Source: a virus. Taken from it: a stretch of DNA of 64,000 nt. The position numbers and the translations under genes were made by a program. The stretch's first letter is position 1. Every line of letters begins with the position of its first letter. The stretch spans positions 16,634 to 80,633 of IMG/VR virus record IMGVR_UViG_3300017955_000001; one strand, 5' to 3'. Of this stretch, positions 42,528-50,752 are shown piece by piece. The notes beneath the pieces were generated by a model. It saw only the letters and a program-made list of their open reading frames with translations, had not been told where the DNA came from and did not search any database.

Positions 42528-44150
42528 CTAGAAGTTCGCGACGCTCGCGCCGCCAATCTGGAAGCCGTTGCTTCCGAGTCCGGTTCCCGCTCCGCACGCA
42601 GCGTCGAGGTGGGCCGGGGTCGTGGTGGCGGTGTGGAAGACGTCCGGATCGGCGTTGGTGTGACACGACACGGACGTGCCGCCATTGAGCTTGATTCCGG
42701 TCACCAACCCGGGTGCGGTGAACGTCGACTGAAAGTTATTCCCCGTTGCGTTGTCCAGGTGACTCGATCCCATCATGTTGATGTTGTTCGTGCCGCTGCC
42801 ATAAATCACGGTTGACGCGCCGGCTACGACCACCGTGCCGCCGAAGTTGGAGATATTGCCATCCAAGAACAAATTGCTATTTAGCGAAAAACCGTTCGCA
42901 AACGCTCCGTTACCAGCCCAGATGAAGTCGGACCCCATGAGCGCGGGCCCGCTGAAGATGCTTGCAAGCAGTGTGGCTCCACCTTGAAGGGTAGGATCGC
43001 CAACGAATCCTGGAATCGTGGCCGCGATGAATCCACCACCGAAGGACGCGATGCCGCCTTGATAGAAAACGTTGGATGTCAGGCGCCCCGCAGCATTGTT
43101 TTCACCTGCCTGTCCGTTGAAGACGGCAATGCGTTGCGTGCCGACTTCGAGCATGACGATGTTGTTTCCGATGTTCAGCTCGTTGTTACCAGCGCCAGCC
43201 GGATCGAAAACCGTCATGTTGTATAGAAAGAAAGCGTTGTTGAACCCTCCGTTTGCATCGCCCAGAATGCCATCGATGCTCACCACATTGATTGCGACGG
43301 GTACGAGGAGGTTGACTGTATCCGTCGACGCCCAGGTATTCACCTCCGTTGGAGGCAGTGGAAGCGCTGGCAGCGTAACCGGTACGAGAGGTTGCGTGAG
43401 GTTCCAATTTGCGCCGCCCGCCGTCTTGTAGATCCACGCTCGTGATGATTTGCCGGCTGTAGTATTTTGAACGAGAACTCCTGCTGCAGGCGCGCCCGCT
43501 GAAAAACTCCCCGACAAAAGAGTATTGCTTCCCGCAGTCGTAGACTTCGCAGTGTTTCTAGTGAACACCGCTGCGGTTGATGCTGGCGCCCCTCCCTGAA
43601 GGATAAAGGAACCTCCTTTTTCGTTTGCGGCGCACGGGTAAATCGGATCTGTATTATCGGTGTCGGATGCATCCTGCTCCAACGTCGTGGCTTGCTGAAA
43701 CCGTGGACATGTACCGACTGCCGCGCCGAGGCGATGCACCCAGATCTCTTGCTTGGTCGCGCACGCCGTCAGCGCCGTGATGCAGTCGTTCTTGTCGTTG
43801 CCGGTCGTCTTGTTCACGACCCATTTAGAAACTGTCCATGACACTGGGATGATCGGCGTCGAGCCCGTTACCATGAACGTGATGGGTTTCTTCCCCGCGC
43901 ATCGCCAAGAGCCGTCGGGAGCCGTGCATGCTGCCATCACGAGCTGCGCGTGGGTGCGCGTGTCGGGCGAGGCCGGCGTGAAGGTCTGAGGGTGAGGCTT
44001 CCTCGAGAAGGGAAGGTTGTCCTGGCTCGGGCCTGACGCCTCGACGATGGGGGCGACGTCTGCTTGGGGCGCGGCGTCTTGGGTTGTGGAAGGTTGGCTG
44101 CAAGCTACGACGGCAAGCAGCATCAGAAAAAGAAGCTTGAGAGGTTTCAT
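42528..44150 (-). CDS. Lipoprotein with a beta-helix/tailspike-like region, lower GC
   Basis: MKPLKLLFLMLLAVVAC lipobox; WVVNKTTGNDKNDC motif; N/G/T-rich beta repeats. Confidence 0.7.
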   Translation of the reverse strand: MKPLKLLFLMLLAVVACSQPSTTQDAAPQADVAPIVEASGPSQDNLPFSRKPHPQTFTPASPDTRTHAQLVMAACTAPDGSWRCAGKKPITFMVTGSTPIIPVSWTVSKWVVNKTTGNDKNDCITALTACATKQEIWVHRLGAAVGTCPRFQQATTLEQDASDTDNTDPIYPCAANEKGGSFILQGGAPASTAAVFTRNTAKSTTAGSNTLLSGSFSAGAPAAGVLVQNTTAGKSSRAWIYKTAGGANWNLTQPLVPVTLPALPLPPTEVNTWASTDTVNLLVPVAINVVSIDGILGDANGGFNNAFFLYNMTVFDPAGAGNNELNIGNNIVMLEVGTQRIAVFNGQAGENNAAGRLTSNVFYQGGIASFGGGFIAATIPGFVGDPTLQGGATLLASIFSGPALMGSDFIWAGNGAFANGFSLNSNLFLDGNISNFGGTVVVAGASTVIYGSGTNNINMMGSSHLDNATGNNFQSTFTAPGLVTGIKLNGGTSVSCHTNADPDVFHTATTTPAHLDAACGAGTGLGSNGFQIGGASVANF

Positions 44151-44162
44151 CTACATCTCCCC

Positions 44163-44861
44163 TTAGAACGAGCCTCTGGCGAACCACTTCTTGTCGCTTG
44201 CCCTGTACTTGAACTTCGCCGCCCCGCCGGCGACGGCCTGGATGCTCCCGGTCGCGCCGAGGGTGCCCCCGTTCGACGGGTCTTCCACGGTGACGCCAGC
44301 GCCGTTGGCGTCCACGGTGCACGGGGTCGCCGACGCCGCGACGCACTTGATCTCGAACTCCTGCCCGTCGGTCGGCAGGCTCACCCCGTCGGCCGCGAGC
44401 GGCGTATTCACGGTGACCGCGCCGGTCGAGGTGTTGACGGTGACGTACTGCTGCGCGGCGGTGGGAGTAAACGGGCTGTCGGCGGGTAGGATGTCGCGCG
44501 TCCACGGTACGGCCGACGAGGGCAGGCCCGAGGTCGTGAGCGACCCGAAGTACGTCGCGCCGTCGAAGTAGAAGTTGATCTGCGTCACGGCGCCGGCCGA
44601 ACCGAGCAGTGCGGGTGGGCCCCCGCCGATCCAGGTGACGGCTGCCGGCCACACGACGTCCCGGCCGCCGGTCGCGTCCTGGGTGAGCAGCAGCGCGAGG
44701 AAGACGCCGCCCGGAGGCGCCACGAACGTCGGCGTCACCGTCGCCGCGTCGAGCGTCATGCTCTGGACGTTGCCCGCCGTCCAGTCGACGGCGGGTCCGG
44801 CCCCCGAGTTGCCCTTGGCTAGCTCGGGGAAGCGGGCGAGGAGTCTCTGCCAGAGTGCCAT
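44163..44861 (-). CDS. Tail-fibre-associated beta-sandwich protein
   Basis: LTQDATGGRDVVWP..W.GG.PP.L...F.FDGATYFG motif typical of fibre C-terminal domains. Confidence 0.7.
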   Translation of the reverse strand: MALWQRLLARFPELAKGNSGAGPAVDWTAGNVQSMTLDAATVTPTFVAPPGGVFLALLLTQDATGGRDVVWPAAVTWIGGGPPALLGSAGAVTQINFYFDGATYFGSLTTSGLPSSAVPWTRDILPADSPFTPTAAQQYVTVNTSTGAVTVNTPLAADGVSLPTDGQEFEIKCVAASATPCTVDANGAGVTVEDPSNGGTLGATGSIQAVAGGAAKFKYRASDKKWFARGSF

Positions 44862-44870
44862 GGGGATCCT

Positions 44871-45284
44871 TTACGGTTGCGGGACTGCGACGTACTGGAC
44901 GACCACGAACCCGGACCCTACGGCCGGGGCGCCGCCGACCGTCACCAGGACGGCCGCGGGCCCGGGCCACACCGTGTCGTCCGCCGGCACGCTGTAGACA
45001 CCGTCCGACGTCGGCACGCTGTCGGTGGTCGCCATCAGGAGGGAGGGGCTGCCGGCGTTGCCCACCTCGATCGTCGTGCCGGGCGAGTACGGCGTGTCGA
45101 TGGCGAGGTACCTCTCGCCGACGACGGCCCCGTTCGGGATGGACGCGGCGGAGGTCTGCGCGGCGGCCGTGCCGATGGGGAACCGGACTTCCACGACGCT
45201 CGACGCCTGCGGACCGTTGCCGGCGGCGGGCGGCTTCGGGTAGGTCTCGCGCGCGTACCGGCCGCGACCGACGATGTGGCTCAT
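44871..45284 (-). CDS. Putative virion protein with an IVGRGRYARETYP N-terminal motif
   Basis: N-terminal motif shared with 59792-60343 and 60601-61137. Confidence 0.65.
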   Translation of the reverse strand: MSHIVGRGRYARETYPKPPAAGNGPQASSVVEVRFPIGTAAAQTSAASIPNGAVVGERYLAIDTPYSPGTTIEVGNAGSPSLLMATTDSVPTSDGVYSVPADDTVWPGPAAVLVTVGGAPAVGSGFVVVQYVAVPQP

Positions 45285-45377
45285 GAGGCGGGACCCCTTT
45301 CCGGGTCACGGGGGACGTGACTGTCTTGTCAATCCCGATTCTGCCCGAGATCGGGCCCGGAAGCGAGCCTGTAGTCC

Positions 45378-45611
45378 CTAAGCGGCCGCGGCGCGGTCGA
45401 TGCTGGCCTTCGTGGCGACCGCCGCGGCGGCGCCGACCAGGACGTCGGCCCAGAGCGGGGCGCGCAGGGTGTGGGCGAGCAGCCCCGCCGCGGCGCCCGT
45501 CATCAGCGCCGCGTACCGCGGGGACACCGTGCCGGAGGGTGTGGTGGCGACCGAGTCGCCGAGCGCGAACCCGGCGACCGGGCGGCCGCCGAGCGAGACG
45601 GTCTCGGTCAC
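45378..45611 (-). CDS. Small membrane protein
   Basis: Two hydrophobic segments; GTGA coupling. Confidence 0.55.
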   Translation of the reverse strand: MTETVSLGGRPVAGFALGDSVATTPSGTVSPRYAALMTGAAAGLLAHTLRAPLWADVLVGAAAAVATKASIDRAAAA

Positions 45612-45808
45612 GGCGCCGGGTCCTTCGCGGGCTCGGGGTCCTGGTAGAGGTGCACAAGGGACGCGGCGGCGGTCAGCGCGCCGCCGAGCAGCCACGCGCT
45701 CCACGGCGGGAGGCCGAGGTCGTGCAGGTGCAGCAGGCCGTAGCCGGCGAACGCGCCGACGCCCGTCGCCAGGGTGACGCTCACCTTGGAGGAGGTCTTC
45801 ACTCCCAT
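45608..45808 (-). CDS. Holin-like two-TM protein
   Basis: 66 aa, two TM helices, charged C-terminus, next to a transglycosylase gene. Confidence 0.5.
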   Translation of the reverse strand: MGVKTSSKVSVTLATGVGAFAGYGLLHLHDLGLPPWSAWLLGGALTAAASLVHLYQDPEPAKDPAP

Positions 45809-45833
45809 CGAGGATAGCTCCCGCCCGGGCCGC

Positions 45834-46400
45834 CTACAACGGGTAGGCGTCCGGCTCCGGGAACTCCGGCGCTCGCCGGCGCGCGCGGCTCGCGTAGGCG
45901 GCGAACCCCGCGGCGGCGGCGAGGGCGAACCCGCCCAGGGCGGCGGCGAGCGCCGCCGACCCCCCGGTCCGGGTGGGCGGCGTGACGGGGACGGCCCAGG
46001 GCGCGAGCGGCTCCTGCGAGGGCGCCCCATAGCCGGGCGGCAGGTACTTCCTGTACGCGCCGCGGCTGACCGTCAGCCACCACGGGTTCAAGTTCGCCCC
46101 GCCTGCCGAGCGCGCGTAGGCGATTTGCGCGTTGTAGGCGGGGTCGGTCAGTCGCGCCGGGTCGACGCCGCCCGACAGGGCATTTATTTGCCAGAGGCCG
46201 ATGCTCCACTCCTGCGCGACGGGCGTGCCCGCGGGCAGCCCGAACTTCGCGCGGATCTGGTCGTCGGACAGGCCGCGCGTGTCGTTGACGGCGCCCGGGT
46301 CGCCGCCGCTCTCGGCCATCGCGATGGCCGCCATGAGGTCGGGGTCGGGGAAGCCGGCGGCCGCGGCGACCGCGCGGAGCTGGGCGAGGGAGAGCTTCAC
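45834..46400 (-). CDS. Lytic transglycosylase (SLT-like) with a C-terminal TM anchor
   Basis: AAIAMAESGGDPGAVN..SIGLWQIN..LTDPAYNA..NPW. Confidence 0.88.
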   Translation of the reverse strand: MKLSLAQLRAVAAAAGFPDPDLMAAIAMAESGGDPGAVNDTRGLSDDQIRAKFGLPAGTPVAQEWSIGLWQINALSGGVDPARLTDPAYNAQIAYARSAGGANLNPWWLTVSRGAYRKYLPPGYGAPSQEPLAPWAVPVTPPTRTGGSAALAAALGGFALAAAAGFAAYASRARRRAPEFPEPDAYPL

Positions 46401-46416
46401 GTTGGCGATCTCGATC

Positions 46417-46797
46417 TTACAGCATCACCGCGAGCCACTGGATCAGCGTACCCGTCCGTTCCCCTCGTTCGGCGCGCTGCTGCAGTTCGAGCATGACCGC
46501 GGCCGTCTCGCGAGCGTCTAGACGAGGTTCGTGATCGTTGGCCACCAGGAACGTGAGCATCGCGGCCGACGCGGCGCGCTTGTTCCCGTCCATGAAGATG
46601 TGTCCTTGTACGATGTAGACGGCGTACGCGGCGGCCAGTTCTTGAGGTGACTCGTAGTACGAGTTCTTGACGGCTTGCACGGCGGCCTCGACGCCTTCGT
46701 ACTGCGCGCCGCGGTGGCCACCTCCCTCTTCGCCCCCGTACTGTTCGAGGAGTTGGTCGTGCATCACGACCACCCACTCGGCCGACAGGAACTTCAT
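46417..46797 (-). CDS. doc: Doc toxin (Fic family)
   Basis: HIFMDGNKR Fic/Doc motif; MHDQLLEQYGG. Confidence 0.92.
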   Translation of the reverse strand: MKFLSAEWVVVMHDQLLEQYGGEEGGGHRGAQYEGVEAAVQAVKNSYYESPQELAAAYAVYIVQGHIFMDGNKRAASAAMLTFLVANDHEPRLDARETAAVMLELQQRAERGERTGTLIQWLAVML

Positions 46798-47066
46798 CGC
46801 GTGGCTCGTCGGGGGCGAGCCGATCGGCCTGCGTCGTAGTCGGCCAGCTGCTTGAAGGCCGGACCGTACCGGCGCAGCACCGTCGCGAACGCTCGGCGGA
46901 ACGACGCTTCAGGCAGGGTGTCGTCCTCCGGCTCTACGACGAGACTGCGCCCGACGATCGAGAGTCGGACGGGACTGCTGGCCTCGATCCCCATCGCCTC
47001 GGCTACGTCGCGCGGGATGAGGACGGCGAGGCTGCCGCCCACTTTGGTGATGGTTCGGTGCACCAT
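46794..47066 (-). CDS. AbrB/MazE-like antitoxin
   Basis: TITKVGGSLAVLIPRDVAEAMGI..VRLSIVGRSLVVEP; C-terminal RYGPAFKQLA. Confidence 0.9.
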   Translation of the reverse strand: MVHRTITKVGGSLAVLIPRDVAEAMGIEASSPVRLSIVGRSLVVEPEDDTLPEASFRRAFATVLRRYGPAFKQLADYDAGRSARPRRATR

Positions 47067-47072
47067 CCATCG

Positions 47073-47101
47073 GTTATACGCGCGTACAACTATTGGGTCA
47101 A
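47073..47101 (-). promoter_or_regulatory. TA promoter with an 18-bp palindromic operator
   Basis: TTGACC-17-TATAAC 6 nt before ATG; GTTATACGCGCGTACAAC near-perfect dyad at 47073-47090. Confidence 0.75.
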
Positions 47102-47647
47102 CTGTCGGGCGATTTTATCGGCCCACGGACCGTACGACGCCGGGTGCAGGCTGTCCGGCGCCATCGGCACGTTTGGCGCCGGCACGACCGGCACACCGAG
47201 CGACGCGATCGCGGCGCGCGCGGCGGGCGCGTTGACGGCGGCGGGCGGCTCGACCCAGACGACGCGCGTGCCGAGTCCGTGCAGCGCGCGCGCGATGGCC
47301 TGGTAGTTCGCGGGGTCGGGGTGCGGACCGTCGTTGACGCCGAGCGAGACGAGCGTCACGTCCGGCTTGAACGCCGCGAGCCAGTCGCCGCACTGGCCGC
47401 AGGCCGGATCGTGGTTCACCCACTGCGAGGTATTCGTTCCTACATGGCCTTCTGCTTTGAAGTCCGGCAGCAGCTTGGCGAGCTGCGGCCAGAGCCCCAC
47501 CGCGTACGAGTCGCCGACGAGCGCGACGCGCCTGGCGGCGGGCGGCGCGGGACCACTCTTCCTGGACGCGACGAGCGCCGCGACGCCGGCGACCCCGAGG
47601 GCGGCCGCACCGGCGAGGACCGCCTTCCGGGTCGTGTCGGGGCGCAC
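47090..47647 (-). CDS. SGNH/GDSL esterase with an N-terminal TM anchor
   Basis: VGDSYAVG, G(HVG), SLGVND, DSLHP. Confidence 0.9.
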   Translation of the reverse strand: MRPDTTRKAVLAGAAALGVAGVAALVASRKSGPAPPAARRVALVGDSYAVGLWPQLAKLLPDFKAEGHVGTNTSQWVNHDPACGQCGDWLAAFKPDVTLVSLGVNDGPHPDPANYQAIARALHGLGTRVVWVEPPAAVNAPAARAAIASLGVPVVPAPNVPMAPDSLHPASYGPWADKIARQLTQ

Positions 47648-47656
47648 CCCCCGAGT

Positions 47657-48250
47657 CTACTCGACTCCCGTGCTCGCGTGCAGGTCGCCCCCGGACGCGT
47701 CGGTGCCAGGGTGGAACGGGAACCGAGTCACCCACGCGCGCGCCGTCTCGAGGCGGTCGTGGGCCAGCCTGCAGCGCGGGTACGCCTCGCCGGAGTACCC
47801 GCAGAGGCCGATCCCCTTTTCTAGACTCGCGCGCGCCTTCGCGAGCGCCGCGCGGATCACGGCCTTCCTGTCCGCGGCCAAGGTGAGCCGATCCTGGACA
47901 GAGGCGTCGGGCAGGAACACCTGCCAGAGACCCACCGAGCGCCCTCCGTCGCAGTCGCCCGCCTTGATCCACTGCGGGTGCGTCTGGCGCCACGCGGGAT
48001 CGAGGCACTTGCCCGTGTCGATCCACGACGCCCACGATCGGCCGGTCTCGTAGTGCGCGATCGACACCAGTAGCAGGGCCGTCTTCTGGCCGTCCGCGTC
48101 GTCGGCGAACGCGCGCGTCTCGGACACCACGACGGTCGCGATGTCACCCGCGATCGACTCGCGGCGGTCCGCGTGCATGCTGGGGACGATGGCGGAGAGG
48201 ACCGACGCGACGTAGAGGGTGAGGGCTGCGATAGGGTTCATCCGACTCAT
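47657..48250 (-). CDS. Lysozyme/transglycosylase-like protein with an N-terminal signal-like helix
   Basis: ALLLVSIAHYET (catalytic Glu-like) and DGGRSVGLWQV. Confidence 0.65.
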   Translation of the reverse strand: MSRMNPIAALTLYVASVLSAIVPSMHADRRESIAGDIATVVVSETRAFADDADGQKTALLLVSIAHYETGRSWASWIDTGKCLDPAWRQTHPQWIKAGDCDGGRSVGLWQVFLPDASVQDRLTLAADRKAVIRAALAKARASLEKGIGLCGYSGEAYPRCRLAHDRLETARAWVTRFPFHPGTDASGGDLHASTGVE

Positions 48251-48282
48251 CTACCGCCAGGACTTTGCCGGGGGCAAGCTCC

Positions 48283-48311
48283 TTGCGCATCGTGCGATCG
48301 TGCGATAGTAT
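48283..48311 (+). promoter_or_regulatory. Leaderless promoter with a direct-repeat operator
   Basis: TTGCGC-17-TAGTAT 7 nt before ATG 48319; ATCGTGCG x2 in the spacer. Confidence 0.65.
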
Positions 48312-48318
48312 CGTCCGC

Positions 48319-48501
48319 ATGTCGCGCTCCCGATCTACTCCCGAACCGCTCTCGCTCTCGACCTTCCGGACGCAGCCAGGCGAGTACGTGCGCGACGTGG
48401 CGCGGGGCGGCAAGCGTTACCTGCTGACGAAGGCCGGGAAACCGGTGGCCCTCCTCATACCGGTCAACGCTCTTGGAGGAAAACTCTCTGAGGATGATTG
48501 A
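48319..48501 (+). CDS. Phd/YefM-family antitoxin
   Basis: LSLSTFRTQPGEYVRDV..YLLTKAGKPVALLIP. Confidence 0.85.
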   Translation: MSRSRSTPEPLSLSTFRTQPGEYVRDVARGGKRYLLTKAGKPVALLIPVNALGGKLSEDD

Positions 48502-48506
48502 CTGAG

Positions 48507-48788
48507 ATGCCCGAACTTTCACGCTTCTACAACATCGTCATCACGATGTTCTATCGCGACCACAACCCGCCGCACATTCACGCGTACTACGGGCATCGTA
48601 AGCGCCCGGAGTGGGCGGCGCAGATCGACATCCGAGACGGTTCCGTTCTGGACGGCGACATCCCGAGTCTCGCGCTGCGTCTGGTGGAAGAGTGGATACG
48701 CATCCATCAAGACGAGTTGCTCGATGCTTGGAATCGCGCAGTTGAGGGACAGGCTCCCGGCAAGATCGCGCCGCTGAGGGTTCGATGA
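48507..48788 (+). CDS. DUF4160 family (HicA-like putative toxin)
   Basis: MPELSRFYNIVITMFYRDHNPPHIHAYY..WIRIHQDELLDAW. Confidence 0.9.
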   Translation: MPELSRFYNIVITMFYRDHNPPHIHAYYGHRKRPEWAAQIDIRDGSVLDGDIPSLALRLVEEWIRIHQDELLDAWNRAVEGQAPGKIAPLRVR

Positions 48789-49024
48789 AGCGTCATCGGC
48801 ACCACCCTCTCATCTGGATGGTCGAGTGGCTCGAGAAGAACGAGGTGCGGCTCTTCTTTTCCACCGGGCGCATCGTCGAGCTGAAGCTCCCCGTCGCGTC
48901 TGCGAAGAGAGCGAAGATCGTGGACAACGGACTCGGGCTCGATCCGGGTGACGGCATGGACATGTGCGCTGTTGAATTGCATAAGCAGCCAGGTAAGGTC
49001 TGGACCCAAGGGCACTGGACCTGA
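48785..49024 (+). CDS. DUF2442-like putative antitoxin
   Basis: IWMVEWLEKNEVRLFFSTG..NGLGLDPGDGMD; usual partner of DUF4160. Confidence 0.7.
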   Translation: MKRHRHHPLIWMVEWLEKNEVRLFFSTGRIVELKLPVASAKRAKIVDNGLGLDPGDGMDMCAVELHKQPGKVWTQGHWT

Positions 49025-49049
49025 TGCGTTCGGACCTCGACACTGCCGG

Positions 49050-49316
49050 CTAACCTCGTCGAGCCACGCACTCCTCGACCGCGCGGTGCAGGTCCATGAC
49101 GCGGGCGACCGCCTGCGCCCGCTCCTCGGGCGGCGGCGACCGGACCTTCCACGACCGGAAGAGCGCCTGCAGCGCGACGGCCTCGCGGCGCAGGTCGACG
49201 ACCCCCTCGCTGACCGGCAGCGCGTCGAGCCGGCGCACGGCCTCGCTGGCCGTCTGCTCGAAGAGCGCGATCGTGCCGGAGGAGCGGTGGGTGGGCGGGC
49301 CGTCGGCGTCGGTCAC
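49050..49316 (-). CDS. Hypothetical helical protein
   Basis: 88-aa ORF. Confidence 0.55.
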   Translation of the reverse strand: MTDADGPPTHRSSGTIALFEQTASEAVRRLDALPVSEGVVDLRREAVALQALFRSWKVRSPPPEERAQAVARVMDLHRAVEECVARRG

Positions 49317-49335
49317 GCCGAATACACTGGCACGG

Positions 49336-49989
49336 CTACGCGCCCAGGACCATCGAGGGCAGGCGCATCTTCTTGTCCCTTACTACGAAGTTGCAGTCTG
49401 CCGCGAACCGGCCGCTCGGCAGCGCGAGCTGCTGAGTCGGGTACGCTTGGTAGACGCCGAAGTCCGCGACGGAGATTTGCTGAACATTGGATAGTGACCG
49501 CCAGTACCCTACGAACGGCAGTTCGTAGAGCGCCATCGGCGACAGCGGCACCTCGTCGCCGACATACACCTCGGGAGCGAACCCGCGCGCGATGATGCTG
49601 CGGGCCCAGGCAGCACCGTACGCGCCCGCCTGCTCCGGGGTGCAGCCGGCCATCCCCTCCAGGTCGCACGCCAGCGTCAGCAGGGGCGACGCGCTGGCGG
49701 GCAGGCGGAGCGCTTCGGCACGGGCCAGCTCCCGCTCGGCGTCGGCCGCACCGCTCTGCGCGTCCCACCCCTCGACCCGACCCTCGCCGACGAACGCCAC
49801 CCCTAGGCCGGCGGCGAGCAGGCCGTCCAACTCCTCGGCCGTCAGGTTCTCGAGGTAGCGGAAGGCGAAGGTGACGCCGGTGCGCGTGCCGGGCAGCACG
49901 TGCGCGGCGATCTCCTTCGCGACCTCGGCGGAGATGGGCGAGAGGCAGTCGATGCCGACGGCGCCGAACGGGATCTCTGCGACTCTCAC
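49336..49989 (-). CDS. DUF1906 (GH25-like) peptidoglycan hydrolase
   Basis: GIDCLSP..FAFRYL..LTAEE..AGLGVAFVGE..CDLE..VYVG..YW..Q. Confidence 0.8.
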   Translation of the reverse strand: MRVAEIPFGAVGIDCLSPISAEVAKEIAAHVLPGTRTGVTFAFRYLENLTAEELDGLLAAGLGVAFVGEGRVEGWDAQSGAADAERELARAEALRLPASASPLLTLACDLEGMAGCTPEQAGAYGAAWARSIIARGFAPEVYVGDEVPLSPMALYELPFVGYWRSLSNVQQISVADFGVYQAYPTQQLALPSGRFAADCNFVVRDKKMRLPSMVLGA

Positions 49990-50441
49990 TGGACCTCGAA
50001 GGACAGCAGGAAGTTCATCAGCGCGCCCGACGCGTCGCGCGCGACGGGGACGACCAACTGCACCTCGACGCCGCCCCGGACGGGCAGTCCAGGCTCGGCG
50101 CGGACGTCGCACGTGGACGCGCCGGCCGAGATCGTCAGCAGCCTGCCGACCTCCTCGCCGCCCTCGAAGAGGCAGACGTCGTGCGGGCGCGGGCCGCCCG
50201 GCCCGAGCGTGTTGTAGCTGCCGAGCGCGCGGGCGCTCGCGTGCAGGTGCGCGCGCACGAGGACGCAGTCGCGCGGGAAGACGAAGACGTAGCCGACCCG
50301 CGAGCGGGGTGCCTTGCGCAGGGTCGCCTCGGGCGCGGGCTGGAGCGAGGGGTCGCGCGGCAGGACGAACAGGTGGTCCTCGGCCGCGGGCGGCTGCGGG
50401 CTGATCGTCCCGACAGTGACGAGGTGGAGGCTGCCCGCCAT
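49986..50441 (-). CDS. Beta-sandwich hypothetical protein
   Basis: GTGA coupling, beta-strand pattern. Confidence 0.6.
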   Translation of the reverse strand: MAGSLHLVTVGTISPQPPAAEDHLFVLPRDPSLQPAPEATLRKAPRSRVGYVFVFPRDCVLVRAHLHASARALGSYNTLGPGGPRPHDVCLFEGGEEVGRLLTISAGASTCDVRAEPGLPVRGGVEVQLVVPVARDASGALMNFLLSFEVQ

Positions 50442-50445
50442 TGCG

Positions 50446-50458
50446 GTTACACTGTAAC
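50446..50458. promoter_or_regulatory. GTTAC-ACT-GTAAC dyad in the divergent intergenic region
   Basis: Perfect 5-bp inverted repeat overlapping a minus-strand TACAGT -10. Confidence 0.4.
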
Positions 50459-50491
50459 ACGGGCCGGGCGACGGGCGAGTGAATTGAACCG

Positions 50492-50752
50492 GTGGCCGCC
50501 CCGTCTGTCCTCACCGAGATGCTGACTGAAGACTCCTCCTGCCTGCTCCCCTCGGACGCCGAACTGCGGACCCTCAGCGACGACGAGGTGAAGATCCTCG
50601 AGCGCGCCACGATGCTCGTGGTCGGCCTCCGGTTCGAGGCCGAGCGCCGGAGGCGCCGGGTCGAGAGGGCCGTGGGGTCGCGGCGCGACATGGTGCCGTA
50701 CGACGGGGACCCGAACCTCGCGCCGGTCCCCGACGACGAGGTAGAGACGTGA
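50492..50752 (+). CDS. Hypothetical protein (start uncertain)
   Basis: 86-aa ORF coupled to the lipoprotein gene. Confidence 0.5.
   Translation: MAAPSVLTEMLTEDSSCLLPSDAELRTLSDDEVKILERATMLVVGLRFEAERRRRRVERAVGSRRDMVPYDGDPNLAPVPDDEVET

Noticed and set aside
43825-45657. 610-aa Arg-rich minus-strand ORF
   Set aside because: It is an off-frame read-through over several genuine genes, with Arg/Pro/Gly composition typical of wrong frames.
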